From positions 64,001-128,000 of IMG/VR virus record IMGVR_UViG_3300046777_002520: 64,000 nucleotides of DNA. One strand, given 5' to 3'. This document shows, piece after piece, positions 1 through 21,806 of this stretch. The first letter of the stretch is position 1. Each line of letters starts with the position of its first letter. The notes under the pieces were generated by a model. That model was not told where the DNA came from, ran no database searches, and saw only the letters and a program-made list of their open reading frames with translations. The position numbers and the translations under genes are program-made. The DNA is from a virus.

Positions 1-2
1 GT

Positions 3-1547
<1,545 letters not shown>

Positions 1548-1559
1548 GCTAGCTTTTAG

Positions 1560-8340
<6,781 letters not shown>

Positions 8341-8352
8341 GAGGACGCTGCA

Positions 8353-9729
8353 ATGGGACTTGGACATTCACCCGCTATCGACACAAACAGCCTTCAGCTT
8401 TGCTTGGACGCTGCCAACGTCAAAAGCTATGCAGGTTCTGGTACAACCTGGACTGATCTAAGCGGTAACGGTCGTAACTTCACGCTAGTCAGCGGCCCTT
8501 ACGAAAGTCCGGGTTATCTTGGCAGCATGTACTTTGACGGCGTGGACGACTACGCCACTAGCAGTTACGCCCCAGTCTTTACTGGCGACTTCACTATTTC
8601 GTTTTGGGTGAACTTTAAGACTTACAAAGCCTATCAAAACGTAGTTAGCTCTACCAACACTGGCGGTGCCGCGTATGGCTTTTGGCTCGAGTTTGGGTCT
8701 ACTAGGGGTTTTACTCTTTACACAGGTTTGACAGGTTCAGCCACTTTGGTCTTAGAAGACAATGTTCAAAGTTTAACTAGCCTAGCCACTAATACTTGGC
8801 ACCACGTCTGCGTAACAAGAAGCGGATCAAGCACCAACAACATCAAGTTGTATGTCAATAACACGCTTTACGGTCAAAACACATACACAGGAAACATAGG
8901 CGTAGCCACTCAAAACTTGATGTTGGCCAAGTATTCTTACGACGCAGTCGGAAGTGAATGGCTTTTCAACGGGTACCTTTCCAACCTGGTGATCCAGCAC
9001 GCAGCTGTATCGTCCGATACAGTAGCTAAAAATTACGCAGCAGGTAGAGGTAGGTTTGATAACTTTTACACGCCTCCTTTGGTTACTAGCGGTCTAGTTC
9101 TTAGTTTAGACGCAGGCAATCCGTCCAGTTACTCTGGTACTGGGTCTACGTTTACCGATCTAAGCGGAAACTCGAATACTGGTACTTTGATAAGTTCTCC
9201 AACTTTTTCCTCAGCTAACGGAGGAAGCTTAACTTTTAACGGAAGCACCAACTGGGTGGACTGTGGAAACGCTGCTAGCTTGCAGCTCTACACAGGTACA
9301 GTGTCGGCTTGGATAAAGGCTTCTTCTTCAGGAAACACTGGTTATAGAGGAATAGTGGTAAAGCAAAACGCCTGGGCCATGTTTGTTTACGATAATCAAC
9401 TAAACGTATATAGCTGGAATACTTACGGCAATCAAGGAACAGGTAAAACTGTAGGGGACAACACTTGGCACCAGGTTGCTATGACATTCTCTGCTACCGA
9501 CGTTGGAGCCGCTGGTAACACAAGTATTTATCTTGATGGCGCTTTGGTAGGTACTGCTCGTATATACCACGCATCTCACGTCATACCTGTCACTTTAGCC
9601 TCTGGTACTAACGGCGCGCAGCAGATTTTAAATGGAAGCATAGCTCAAGCTTTGGTTTACAACAGAGTTTTGACACAGACAGAATTGCTTCAAAACTTCA
9701 ACGCGCTTCGTGGGAGGTTCGGCCTATGA
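8353..9729 (+). CDS. Tandem double LamG-like domain protein
   Basis: Two copies of the LDAxN..SY.GSG.T.TDLSGN module with W-H-H/Q-V motifs; GAGGA RBS upstream. Confidence 0.8.
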   Translation: MGLGHSPAIDTNSLQLCLDAANVKSYAGSGTTWTDLSGNGRNFTLVSGPYESPGYLGSMYFDGVDDYATSSYAPVFTGDFTISFWVNFKTYKAYQNVVSSTNTGGAAYGFWLEFGSTRGFTLYTGLTGSATLVLEDNVQSLTSLATNTWHHVCVTRSGSSTNNIKLYVNNTLYGQNTYTGNIGVATQNLMLAKYSYDAVGSEWLFNGYLSNLVIQHAAVSSDTVAKNYAAGRGRFDNFYTPPLVTSGLVLSLDAGNPSSYSGTGSTFTDLSGNSNTGTLISSPTFSSANGGSLTFNGSTNWVDCGNAASLQLYTGTVSAWIKASSSGNTGYRGIVVKQNAWAMFVYDNQLNVYSWNTYGNQGTGKTVGDNTWHQVAMTFSATDVGAAGNTSIYLDGALVGTARIYHASHVIPVTLASGTNGAQQILNGSIAQALVYNRVLTQTELLQNFNALRGRFGL

Positions 9730-10424
9730 GCGGTGAGTTTAAAGCTCTTGGCTCGTACGCTGGGCCTAACATTCCCACTAGTGGTTTGGTTCTGTATCTG
9801 GATGCTGGCAATACAAAAAGCTATCCAGGTTCTGGGTCAACTTGGACTGACCTCAGCGGAAACTCAAACAACTTGACGTTAGTAAACAGCCCTACTTTTT
9901 CTTCGTCTTACGGAGGTTGTTTAACTTTTAACGGCTCTACCCAAAGAGCATACATATCCAATGCGTCATGCAGCGCCAACTTTAAAACCATGACAGCTTA
10001 TTCCAGCGTAGCTGCCATAAAAAGTTTAAACTCCGATACGGCCTGGCACACGCTTTACAGCTTCGGTGACTCGTCTAATTTTATAGACATGTGGCAAAGG
10101 TCTGGTACTAGAGTGTTTGGCAGTGACGGTACTCAACTATACAGCTCTACCGATATGTACACGTCTGGAATGTCTGTATGGGCGCACACTAGTAGCGTAG
10201 CGGCAGGTGGCGTTCTTTATAGAAATGGTGAGTCCATAGGGTCTGCTTCTGTGGTTTCTCAAACTTCTACTTCGACTTATGACTTTGGAATAGCTTATGA
10301 CTCTAACACTTCATCGTATTTTGCTAACGTAGAGTTTCCCGTTTTACTCATATACAACCGTGTACTTACTTCTGCTGAGATACAGCAAATCTACTCTGCG
10401 TACAGAGGCAGATTTGGGCTATAA
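9726..10424 (+). CDS. LamG-like domain protein
   Basis: Same N-terminal (GLVLYLDAGNTKSYPGSG) and C-terminal (YRGRFGL) signatures as its neighbours; ATGA overlap. Confidence 0.8.
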   Translation: MSGEFKALGSYAGPNIPTSGLVLYLDAGNTKSYPGSGSTWTDLSGNSNNLTLVNSPTFSSSYGGCLTFNGSTQRAYISNASCSANFKTMTAYSSVAAIKSLNSDTAWHTLYSFGDSSNFIDMWQRSGTRVFGSDGTQLYSSTDMYTSGMSVWAHTSSVAAGGVLYRNGESIGSASVVSQTSTSTYDFGIAYDSNTSSYFANVEFPVLLIYNRVLTSAEIQQIYSAYRGRFGL

Positions 10425-10443
10425 TCACAGCTATGGCTTTTAG

Positions 10444-13490
<3,047 letters not shown>

Positions 13491-13491
<1 letters not shown>

Positions 13492-13757
13492 TGGCTGGAA
13501 TCAGCAGACGATGCAAACGCAGACCTAACTCTGGTGTGGGTGGTTGCACAAACGGAGGAGCAGGTTCTCCCCCAGCAACCTATCCAAGTAGCACTACTGT
13601 TATAAAAGCTAGCGCTACTAATCCATACGCGCCACCGCCTAGAGTTCCTCCTACCAAGGTAAAGGCAGCTGGTAACAAGGTTGTTCTGTCTTTCAATCAA
13701 CCTGTGACCGGTACTACTACGGGTATAACTGTAAAGGTAACGAAGGGGACAGGATGA
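13491..13757 (+). CDS. Small hypothetical protein
   Basis: ATG overlaps the TAA of the preceding gene, and the stop overlaps the next ATG (translational coupling). Confidence 0.5.
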
Positions 13758-14176
13758 CTGACTCATCAGAGCCTTGGTACAAAGACGGTCTTCAGTTTGA
13801 ATGCACTAAGTGCGGCGACTGCTGCAACGTGTGGGAAGGCTCTGTTTGGCTTGTCGAAGGCGACGTACCAAGGCTTGCTGATTATTTGAACATGTCTGAA
13901 GAAGACGTGATAAAAAAGTATACAAACAAAAACAAAGATGACTTGGTGATCCAAAGACTGGCCAATGGAGCCTGCCCTCTATTTAAACCAGGAGAGGGCT
14001 GCACGGTTCATGAGGCCAAGCCTAACCAGTGCAGCACTTATCCCTTTATGCGCTTGATGCAAGATTCAAGAGAAGGCTGGGATAACCTTACTGCCAAGTG
14101 TCCAGGTGCCAAACAAGGACCGCTCATACCAGCAGACGAAATAACTAGAAGAATAAAGCTTTCCGTAAAGTTCTAA
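13754..14176 (+). CDS. YkgJ-family cysteine-cluster (CxxCxxCC) protein
   Basis: PWYKDGLQFECTKCGDCC...C.LF...GC.VHEAKP.QCSTYPF...CPG. Confidence 0.8.
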   Translation: MTDSSEPWYKDGLQFECTKCGDCCNVWEGSVWLVEGDVPRLADYLNMSEEDVIKKYTNKNKDDLVIQRLANGACPLFKPGEGCTVHEAKPNQCSTYPFMRLMQDSREGWDNLTAKCPGAKQGPLIPADEITRRIKLSVKF

Positions 14177-14187
14177 GGAGCCTTTAG

Positions 14188-15156
14188 ATGGCTACTATTT
14201 CAACATCGCCTCCAGGCAGCTCAACATCGTCTTCATCTTCGTCGTCATCGTCGTCAACAACGACAACTACAACAACGACGACCACGACAACTACCACAAC
14301 TACCACAACTACAACTACTGCTGGACCTATAACAGCAGGCATAGCCTTAAACACAACAGACGCTGACGCCAAAGATCAGACTATTGTCTTAGACATATCT
14401 GGCGTAACTATTGAAGCCACAGACAGCGTTGAGATCATCATCGCAGCAAACTCAATACAGTCAGCTTTGGATGGAAGCTACGTAGCTGCTACTACTCTGG
14501 CCAACGCCGACATAGAAAACGAGTACGGGCTTAAGCTTCATCTTGATGCTTTGAATTACAAAAGCTACCCAGGCACAGGCTCTACTTGGTTTGATTTGAG
14601 CGAGAGCGGTAATAACGCTACTCTTGTAAACTGCGGCTTCACTACCACAAATTACGGAGGCATAACTTTCGATGGTTCTACTTCGTACGCTGATTTGAGC
14701 ATAGCCAACCTGCTAACTGGCACTACACCGTTTACTATCATAGTGGCTGTTACAACTGACGTTTCTCCAGGCGCAAATAACGCCATCATAGGTAATTATG
14801 GGTCTACCACTAGTAACACTCTGTGGTTTTCTGCGTCTTACGGTTTATACATTAACACTTCTTCGCCTTATTTTTCAGGTTATCCCATAGCAGCTGGTAC
14901 TTACATTTTGGCTGTCACTAGAAACGCTTCTGGCTTATGCACTCTATACAAGAACGGGGTATCAAACGGTACGGCTACTAACACAGCTAGCATTGCTACG
15001 GCTGCACAGAACTGGAGAATAGGCGCTGACGCTGGTACAGCTGGGGAAAAACTAGACGGTACCATTTACATGCTTCGCGTTTACGACAAAGCTTTCTCTT
15101 CCACTAGAATCTCTTCTTTCTATAATGCGTTCAAAGGCAGATACGGGCTAACCTAA
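14188..15156 (+). CDS. Ser/Thr-stalk plus LamG-like domain protein
   Basis: N-terminal poly-S/T tract, then LHLDALNYKSYPGTGSTWFDLSESGN...KGRYGL. Confidence 0.8.
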   Translation: MATISTSPPGSSTSSSSSSSSSSTTTTTTTTTTTTTTTTTTTTTAGPITAGIALNTTDADAKDQTIVLDISGVTIEATDSVEIIIAANSIQSALDGSYVAATTLANADIENEYGLKLHLDALNYKSYPGTGSTWFDLSESGNNATLVNCGFTTTNYGGITFDGSTSYADLSIANLLTGTTPFTIIVAVTTDVSPGANNAIIGNYGSTTSNTLWFSASYGLYINTSSPYFSGYPIAAGTYILAVTRNASGLCTLYKNGVSNGTATNTASIATAAQNWRIGADAGTAGEKLDGTIYMLRVYDKAFSSTRISSFYNAFKGRYGLT

Positions 15157-15167
15157 GAAAGGCTATC

Positions 15168-16040
15168 ATGTCTCCCAAGCTCACGATTGGAATGGCCAAC
15201 TGGGACGACCCAGAAGGCGCGTTCTGGACGCTTACAGCCATACGCCAATATCACGTCAAAGAAGACAACAAGGAAGTCGAGCTTCTTGTTGTTGACGATA
15301 TGCCAGAGAAGCAGCAAGACCTTGAGAACGTTTGCAGCAACTCTGGGACAAGATACGTTCACCACTCCAAGAACAAAGGTCCAGCTCACGCCAAAGACTC
15401 TGTATGGGAGCACGCCCAAGGCGACTACGTTCTTCTGGTTGATAGCCATGTCTTACTAGCGCCGTGCTCAGTCAACTACATCCTTGACGCCATCGACAGC
15501 GATCTAATAGGCAAAGACCTGTGGACAGGACCACTTCTGAACGAGCGTGGGCACATGATTGCTTCTGAGCTTTTACCAGAATGGCGTGGTCAGTTCTTTG
15601 GTGTCTGGCATACCGACCAGGACCTGCTGAAGACAAAGATCAAAGAGATTGAAGGACACGGTTCTGCTTATACGCTTATGAAGCGTGAACACTACCCATA
15701 CTTCAGCAAACACTTCAAAGGTTTCGCAGGCGAGGAGCTGTACATTCACCAGAAGGTACGCAACAACGGAGGTAAGTGCTACACGCACCTTGACCTCGGC
15801 TGGATTCACAGGTTTATGCGATCAAAGCCGATAAGCTACTCCTTGACACTCAATGATAAATTGCATAATTATCTCGTAGCTTCTTACGAGATGGGCTGGA
15901 ACATCAAGCAGTGCTGCGACTACTTCAAGAAGAGCCTGCCTGAGGACCAGTTCAACGGTGTACTTAATGGTGTTAAAGAAATATATCCGAATATAAATTT
16001 TTCGGATGATTCTGGCAAAAGGCACAAGGAACATGACTAA
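15168..16040 (+). CDS. Glycosyltransferase, GT-A/GT2-like
   Basis: LTIGMANWDD...LLVVDD...GPAHAKD...VLLVDSH (DxH variant of DxD)...FAGEE. Confidence 0.75.
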   Translation: MSPKLTIGMANWDDPEGAFWTLTAIRQYHVKEDNKEVELLVVDDMPEKQQDLENVCSNSGTRYVHHSKNKGPAHAKDSVWEHAQGDYVLLVDSHVLLAPCSVNYILDAIDSDLIGKDLWTGPLLNERGHMIASELLPEWRGQFFGVWHTDQDLLKTKIKEIEGHGSAYTLMKREHYPYFSKHFKGFAGEELYIHQKVRNNGGKCYTHLDLGWIHRFMRSKPISYSLTLNDKLHNYLVASYEMGWNIKQCCDYFKKSLPEDQFNGVLNGVKEIYPNINFSDDSGKRHKEHD

Positions 16041-16137
16041 CGCTGAGATGCTTTACACGGCTTTTACTATTGTTTTCTGCGTGGTAAGCTTCACAGCTAT
16101 CTACTTCGCTTATGACAGGTCAGACAAAGACGAATAG
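16033..16137 (+). CDS. Small membrane peptide (34 aa; not in ORF track)
   Basis: MTNAEMLYTAFTIVFCVVSFTAIYFAYDRSDKDE; AAGGA RBS; overlaps the preceding stop. Confidence 0.45.
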   Translation: MTNAEMLYTAFTIVFCVVSFTAIYFAYDRSDKDE

Positions 16138-16169
16138 CTTTACGAATATCTTTTTAAAGGAGTGCGGTC

Positions 16170-16340
16170 ATGGGTTACTACAAAAATTTGATCATTAAAA
16201 CAGGTGAACTAGAAGATAAGCTAAAGCACCTGAAGCTTTCGGCAAAAAAGATGAAACGTAAACTTTTTAGTTTACGTTCTGAGATTCTTGAAACACAAGA
16301 AGAGCTGGTAAAGCTAAAAAAAGCTGCAGAACAAAAATGA
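16170..16340 (+). CDS. Small basic coiled-coil protein (56 aa; not in ORF track)
   Basis: Strong AAAGGAG RBS; MGYYKNLIIKTGELEDKLKHLKLSAKKMKRK... Confidence 0.55.
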   Translation: MGYYKNLIIKTGELEDKLKHLKLSAKKMKRKLFSLRSEILETQEELVKLKKAAEQK

Positions 16341-16465
16341 ATAATATCTTGCGCTACTTGATGTACTCAGAGCCGTTCATGTACTTTTGCTTTATCTCTG
16401 CTGCCTTGCTAGCTGGATCGCTTTTGCTAGGCTACGTTCTTAACGATAAGACTGAAGGGAAGTGA
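16337..16465 (+). CDS. Small membrane peptide (42 aa; not in ORF track)
   Basis: ATGA-coupled to the previous ORF; hydrophobic FMYFCFISAALLAGSLLLGYVL. Confidence 0.45.
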   Translation: MNNILRYLMYSEPFMYFCFISAALLAGSLLLGYVLNDKTEGK

Positions 16466-16468
16466 TTT

Positions 16469-18934
16469 GTGCCTACTCGTTCTGGTCCTCGCAAAGTATT
16501 CCACGTCGTAGCCTTCCCCCACACGGACACAACTTACAAGCACGTAGCTTGCGCGTACACAGAGAAGTACCGCAAGTTCTGCAACATGATGGTCTCGCTT
16601 GGCCATGTTGTTTACTTGTACGGTGCAGAGGAAACACAAGCCTCTTGCTCCGAGTTCATTCCTTGCTTCTCTGCTGAAGACAAGAAGAAGTACCTGAAGC
16701 CAGACACAATCTGGATCGGGCAGCACGAAGCGTTCAAGGTAATGAACGACCGCGTGATCCACGAGATCAAAAACAGGCAGCACGACAAGAAAGACTTTAT
16801 CTGCACCATGGCTGGCACTCTGCACAAGCCTATTGCAGACGCCTTACCCCACCTGACTACCGTAGAGATCGGCATCGGCTACAGCGGTGTGTTCTCCAGG
16901 TTCAAGATTTTTGAGTCGTACGCTTGGATGCACACCATCTACGGAGCAGCTACAGGTGGTGACGCCTCCAAAACTGACGGTAACTACTTTGACTGCGTCA
17001 TTCCCAACTTCTACGAGATTGAAGACTTCCCGTTCTCGAATGAGAAGGAGGACTACTACCTGTACATGGGTAGGCTTACTTCCCGTAAAGGTATCCAGAT
17101 ACCTGCTGACGTTTGTAAGCATCTGAACAAGAGACTGATTATCGCTGGGGGCGAAGGCACACCTATGACCTACGGCGAATACGTCGGTTTGGTAGACGCC
17201 AAGACGCGTGGCGAGCTGATGAAAAAAGCCAAGGCTATCTTTACGCCTACACAGTACATTGGGCCGTTTGAAGGCACGCACGCTGAAGCCATGTTCTGCG
17301 GAACGCCAGTCATTTCCAGCGATTGGGGTGTGTTCTCAGAGACTAACGTTCACGGTGTTACAGGCTTCAGGTGTCGTACGTACGGAGAGTACATTCAAGC
17401 TGCTCAGAATGCGCATACCTTGTGCCCTACGGAGATCAGGCACTACGCAGCCGATAACTTCTCTACCGTAAACGTCCGTTGGAAGTACGAAGCTTATTTC
17501 GATCAGTTGTTGGACCTGTGGGAAGATGGCTTCTATTCCAAGCGTCAGCACTCATACAACAGGTACGGTCAAAACTATGCTAATGTAATACCTCCTGAAG
17601 AAGCTGTGTTTGCCAGACACGACTTACCAAAAGTTAGCTGCTACTGCCCCACCTACGGGCGTACGCACTGCCTTGAAGAAGCTATCGAGTGCTTCCTCAA
17701 ACAAGACTACAAGGGACCTAAAGAGCTTGTCATCCTCAATGACTACGAAGGCCAAGAGCTTGTGTTTGACCACCCAGAAGTGAAGGTCATCAACGTCAAG
17801 GAGCGCATCAAGCCTCTGGGCAAGAAGTTCAACGAGACTATCAAGCACTGCACGGGCGAAGTGCTATTCTGCTGGGACGATGACGACATCTTCCTACCCA
17901 ACAGAATCTCCTACAGCCTGCAGAAGATGGAACGCGGAGTGTTCTACACTCGCGACGGTTTCTCTGAAGACGCTGAAGGCCAGTACAGCTTGTTCCACCC
18001 CACAGCCGTAGCGCACTCAACCCACGCTTTCAGGCGTGAGGTGTTTGATGCTGTGGGAGGTTACCCAGAGACAGACCATGTAGCCGTGGATCAGTTCTTT
18101 ATCCAGAAGGTAAGGGACTACCTGGGTGGCGACTACTTCCAGAAAATTCCAAATGACAGAATCTTCTACGTCTACAGGTGGGGCAGCATCGGTGCTTACC
18201 ACACCTCGGATTGCGCCAGCAACACGCACAACGTCAGCGACCAGGTAGAAGCCAAGCTGGCCAGGCAGGTATCTGAAGGAACTATTCCCACAGGCAAGAT
18301 CGTTCTGAAGCCAAGGTGGAAGTACAACTACGACCATGTTGCCAAAGCATTCTGGAAACCCAAGATGGAACACATCTGGATGAATCCATGTTTTGGCGAA
18401 CCTTGGTTTAGTTACCCCAATCTCTACACGCAGTTCGTGAATGAGACTCCTCACAATGGGCGTATTATTGAAGTCGGTTCTTGGAAAGGAAAATCTACGG
18501 CTTATCTAGGCGTTGAGGTCATAAATTCCGGTAAAGACATTCATGTAATCGCCGTAGATACGTGGATGGGTTCTCCCAACGAAGACGTTCACCAGAACGA
18601 TCCAGCCGTAAAGGCTGGTACTCTGTATGACCTGTTCATCAAAAACATGGAGCCTATCAACAAGAGCAAGATGGTTGTAACTCCTCTCAGAGCTGACTCT
18701 GTCGAGGCTTCCAAGACAGTAGCTGACGGGTCTGTTGACTGTCTGTTTATTGACGCAGCGCATGACTACGAGAACGTGAAAAAAGACATTACAGCCTGGC
18801 TTCCCAAGGTGAAGAAAGGCGGTATACTGGCTGGGCATGACTGGAGCTGGCACGGAGTAAGGACGGCAGTGCAAGAACTGCTTCCTAACGCTGTGCCTAC
18901 AAATGAGGACTGCTGGGTTTACAGAGTCAACTGA
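16469..18934 (+). CDS. Trifunctional GT-B (GT4-like) glycosyltransferase + GT2 glycosyltransferase + class I SAM methyltransferase
   Basis: GT4-like YMGRLTSRKG...GPFEGTHAEAMFCGTPVI. GT2-like VSCYCPTYGR...WDDDDIF. Methyltransferase IIEVGSWKGKS...LFIDAAHDYENVKKDITAWLPKVKKGGILAGHD. Confidence 0.85.
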   Translation: MPTRSGPRKVFHVVAFPHTDTTYKHVACAYTEKYRKFCNMMVSLGHVVYLYGAEETQASCSEFIPCFSAEDKKKYLKPDTIWIGQHEAFKVMNDRVIHEIKNRQHDKKDFICTMAGTLHKPIADALPHLTTVEIGIGYSGVFSRFKIFESYAWMHTIYGAATGGDASKTDGNYFDCVIPNFYEIEDFPFSNEKEDYYLYMGRLTSRKGIQIPADVCKHLNKRLIIAGGEGTPMTYGEYVGLVDAKTRGELMKKAKAIFTPTQYIGPFEGTHAEAMFCGTPVISSDWGVFSETNVHGVTGFRCRTYGEYIQAAQNAHTLCPTEIRHYAADNFSTVNVRWKYEAYFDQLLDLWEDGFYSKRQHSYNRYGQNYANVIPPEEAVFARHDLPKVSCYCPTYGRTHCLEEAIECFLKQDYKGPKELVILNDYEGQELVFDHPEVKVINVKERIKPLGKKFNETIKHCTGEVLFCWDDDDIFLPNRISYSLQKMERGVFYTRDGFSEDAEGQYSLFHPTAVAHSTHAFRREVFDAVGGYPETDHVAVDQFFIQKVRDYLGGDYFQKIPNDRIFYVYRWGSIGAYHTSDCASNTHNVSDQVEAKLARQVSEGTIPTGKIVLKPRWKYNYDHVAKAFWKPKMEHIWMNPCFGEPWFSYPNLYTQFVNETPHNGRIIEVGSWKGKSTAYLGVEVINSGKDIHVIAVDTWMGSPNEDVHQNDPAVKAGTLYDLFIKNMEPINKSKMVVTPLRADSVEASKTVADGSVDCLFIDAAHDYENVKKDITAWLPKVKKGGILAGHDWSWHGVRTAVQELLPNAVPTNEDCWVYRVN

Positions 18935-18948
18935 AAGAAAGGCTAGAC

Positions 18949-20064
18949 GTGGCCAATATAGCCCTGGCGATGATCGTCAAGAATGAAGAGCCGATCATCC
19001 TACGTTGTCTTGAGTCTGTTAAGCCTCTTGTTGACTATGTCTATATCGCGGACACAGGCTCCACAGACAACACAGTCAAGGTCATAGCTGACTGGCTGGC
19101 TGCAAACGGCATAAAAGGCCAGGTCGTACACCATAGCTGGAAAGACTTTGCCTCAAACAGAACCAGAGTGCTGGACGAACTCAGGGACATGCCTGAGATC
19201 GACTACGTACTCACCATAGACGCTGACGAGATACTCACTTACGAAGTCACACCTGCTCAAATAGCAGACTTCAAGAAAGGTATGCACCACGACTTGTACC
19301 GTATCTGTTGCAGATATGGCAGCGTTGAGTACATGCGCGACAACGTCCTGAAGAACTCGTTGCCTTACTACTACAAAGGCATCATCCATGAGTTCCTGGA
19401 GTGCAAAGTACCAGCCAAGAACCAGGCCATACTCAAGGGCGTCTTCAACGTGCCCATCCAGGACTCAGCCAGGAATGCTGACCCTGAAAAGATACGCAAG
19501 GACGCTGAACGGCTTGAAGAGATAATCAAAACAGAAACTGATCCTTACATGTTGGCCAGGTACACGTTTTACCTAGGCCAGTCCTACCGCGACTGTAAAG
19601 AGCCGCATAAGGCCATAGAGGCTTACGCCAAGAGAATGTACCTGCAAGGCTGGGACCAGGAAAGGTACGTATCTCTGATACAGTCAGCGATGCTCAAGGA
19701 AGACCTGCACTTCCCAGCTGCTGAGATTCTCAACCAGTATCTGCTAGCCAGGGAGATATGCCCTCACAGGGCTGAGGACCTGTATAGAGCTGCCAAGTAC
19801 TGCTACTCAAACGGCAGGCCTCACCTGGCTCTGGCGTTCATCAAACAAGCCATGACGATTCCGCATCCTGTAGAGGGATTGTTTCTTGAGGACTGGATCT
19901 GGCAGTACGGTATGCTGGATGCTTTGATGGTGTGCAAGCATCAACTCGGTCATAACGACGAGAGTCTTGCTATAGCCAAAGAACTGCTGACAATAGCTCC
20001 TGAAAAGGAACTGGACAGGCTTAGGAAAAATGTAGAATATCTTGAAAGCCTGTCTAAGCAGTGA
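18949..20064 (+). CDS. GT2 glycosyltransferase with TPR-like C-terminus
   Basis: IALAMIVKNEEPIILRCLESV...DTGSTDNT...IDADE...HE; helical C-terminus with FYLGQSYRD and ERYVS. Confidence 0.85.
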   Translation: MANIALAMIVKNEEPIILRCLESVKPLVDYVYIADTGSTDNTVKVIADWLAANGIKGQVVHHSWKDFASNRTRVLDELRDMPEIDYVLTIDADEILTYEVTPAQIADFKKGMHHDLYRICCRYGSVEYMRDNVLKNSLPYYYKGIIHEFLECKVPAKNQAILKGVFNVPIQDSARNADPEKIRKDAERLEEIIKTETDPYMLARYTFYLGQSYRDCKEPHKAIEAYAKRMYLQGWDQERYVSLIQSAMLKEDLHFPAAEILNQYLLAREICPHRAEDLYRAAKYCYSNGRPHLALAFIKQAMTIPHPVEGLFLEDWIWQYGMLDALMVCKHQLGHNDESLAIAKELLTIAPEKELDRLRKNVEYLESLSKQ

Positions 20065-20070
20065 GGGCAA

Positions 20071-20937
20071 GTGATGGAAGTCCTCTTCGTAAACGACTTC
20101 AAAAAGCCCGACTACCTCAACGACATGATTTACCACGGACTCAAGAGTCTGTGGAATCTGTCCGTAAGCGAGACCAGCTACCCAAGCTACATGAGTCGTG
20201 ACTACCCCAGCAAAGCAAAGCTGTATGGTAGAGGGTTTACGCTGTACGCCAGCATGAAGACTGACACGCATCTGGAGATAGAGGAAACAATACTGCAAAA
20301 GATAAGCGACAAGTTTTACGATTTGGTCATATACGGCAGCATAAAGCGCTGCAGCTATTTTGTAGACTTTGTCACCAGTGTTTACGACAAAAGCAAAGTT
20401 GTGTTCCTGGACGGTGAGGACGAATGGTTCATCAGCAGACCAGACCTTGTCGGCAAAGGGCATTACTTCAAACGCGAGCTGCTGGAACCTGTAGAAAACG
20501 TTCATCCCATAGGCTTCAGCATTCCCAGCAGGCATCTTGTCTCAGTGATTCCAGAGAAGGAAAAGCTGATGGCAGACGTTAACGTGCAGGCTTACAGAAA
20601 CTACGAGTACGCCTCTGAGACTGAGTACCACGCGGAATACAGACGGTCTTACTTCGGTCGCACGACCAAGAAAGTGGGTTGGGACTGCCTACGCCACTAC
20701 GAGATCATGGCCAACGGCTGCGTGCCTCTGTTTGAGGATATCGAGCTTTGTCCTCCCACAGTCCTGACAGACTTTCCTAAAGAGCTGCTGGCGAAGGCCA
20801 GGAGCGTGTTCCATCCCCAGATGGTTCCAGACCAGAAGCAATACGCTGACACCGTTTACGCTTTGTTGCAGCACATGGACAAGCATTGCACCACTGTCGC
20901 CGCAGCCAGGAAACTGATTGAAAGGGTCACCCAGTGA
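20071..20937 (+). CDS. Putative glycosyltransferase (GT-B-like)
   Basis: DYLNDMIYHGL...FLDGED...YFKREL...KKVGWDCLRHYEIMANGCVPLF. Confidence 0.6.
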   Translation: MMEVLFVNDFKKPDYLNDMIYHGLKSLWNLSVSETSYPSYMSRDYPSKAKLYGRGFTLYASMKTDTHLEIEETILQKISDKFYDLVIYGSIKRCSYFVDFVTSVYDKSKVVFLDGEDEWFISRPDLVGKGHYFKRELLEPVENVHPIGFSIPSRHLVSVIPEKEKLMADVNVQAYRNYEYASETEYHAEYRRSYFGRTTKKVGWDCLRHYEIMANGCVPLFEDIELCPPTVLTDFPKELLAKARSVFHPQMVPDQKQYADTVYALLQHMDKHCTTVAAARKLIERVTQ

Positions 20938-21806
20938 TCAAAGACATAGCCATCTCTGTTGTCCGACCCAAGAACTACGTACACTCTGATTGCTTCAACC
21001 CTGTCATATCCTGCCTGTGTCACGCCTTGAAGATAAAGGGATACAACCCAGAAGTTCTCTTTAACGTTTACACGTCAGACAAGCCAAGCATCATTATCGG
21101 TGCTCACCTTCTTGACAAGCCCAGCGAGCTGGCTGACCTGAAGAAGTCAGTGATTTACAACTTCGAGCAGATTTCTCCAGAGTCGCACTGGATAAGCAAA
21201 GACTACTTCCAAGCGCTTCTGGCTAGGCCCTACATTGATTACAGTATTGCAAATATAAATAGCGCATTTGCTATAAACAGAAATATAGTTGCAAGGCATC
21301 TGCCCTTTGCTTACGAGTCGCCTATGGACTACTCGTACGTGACCAGGGATGCCTTCAGGGTGAAGCCCAAGGACATAGATGTCCTGTTCTTTGGCAGCAT
21401 GAACGACAGACGCGCCAAGGTTATAGACCAACTGAAGAACATGGGTTTGAACGTGCAGGCTGTGTTTGGGGTTTACGGTCCTGAGCTGAGCGTGCTGATT
21501 CACAGATCCAAGGTGGTGCTGAACATGCACTACTACGAGTCATCGATATTTGAGGCTGTTAGGGTTCTGCCTTTGCTAGCATCAAGAATACCTGTAATAT
21601 CAGAGCAGTCTGTAGACGACTCGGACTACAGCTACCTGAACCCACCATTTGGAATACAGTGCGCAACTTACGAAAGCCTGGCTTCTACCTGCAAAGTGTT
21701 CGTTGAAGACAGCGACGTTAGAGCACTGCTTGCCGACACGGGTTACTCTAATGTGAAGCTTAAGACTATGTCACAGTCAATTGAAAATATAGCGAGCCTA
21801 CTATGA
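20934..21806 (+). CDS. Putative glycosyltransferase (GT-B/CgeB-like C-terminus)
   Basis: DIDVLFFGSMNDRR...KVVLNMHYYESSIFEAVRVLPLLASRIPVISE. Confidence 0.7.
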   Translation: MIKDIAISVVRPKNYVHSDCFNPVISCLCHALKIKGYNPEVLFNVYTSDKPSIIIGAHLLDKPSELADLKKSVIYNFEQISPESHWISKDYFQALLARPYIDYSIANINSAFAINRNIVARHLPFAYESPMDYSYVTRDAFRVKPKDIDVLFFGSMNDRRAKVIDQLKNMGLNVQAVFGVYGPELSVLIHRSKVVLNMHYYESSIFEAVRVLPLLASRIPVISEQSVDDSDYSYLNPPFGIQCATYESLASTCKVFVEDSDVRALLADTGYSNVKLKTMSQSIENIASLL

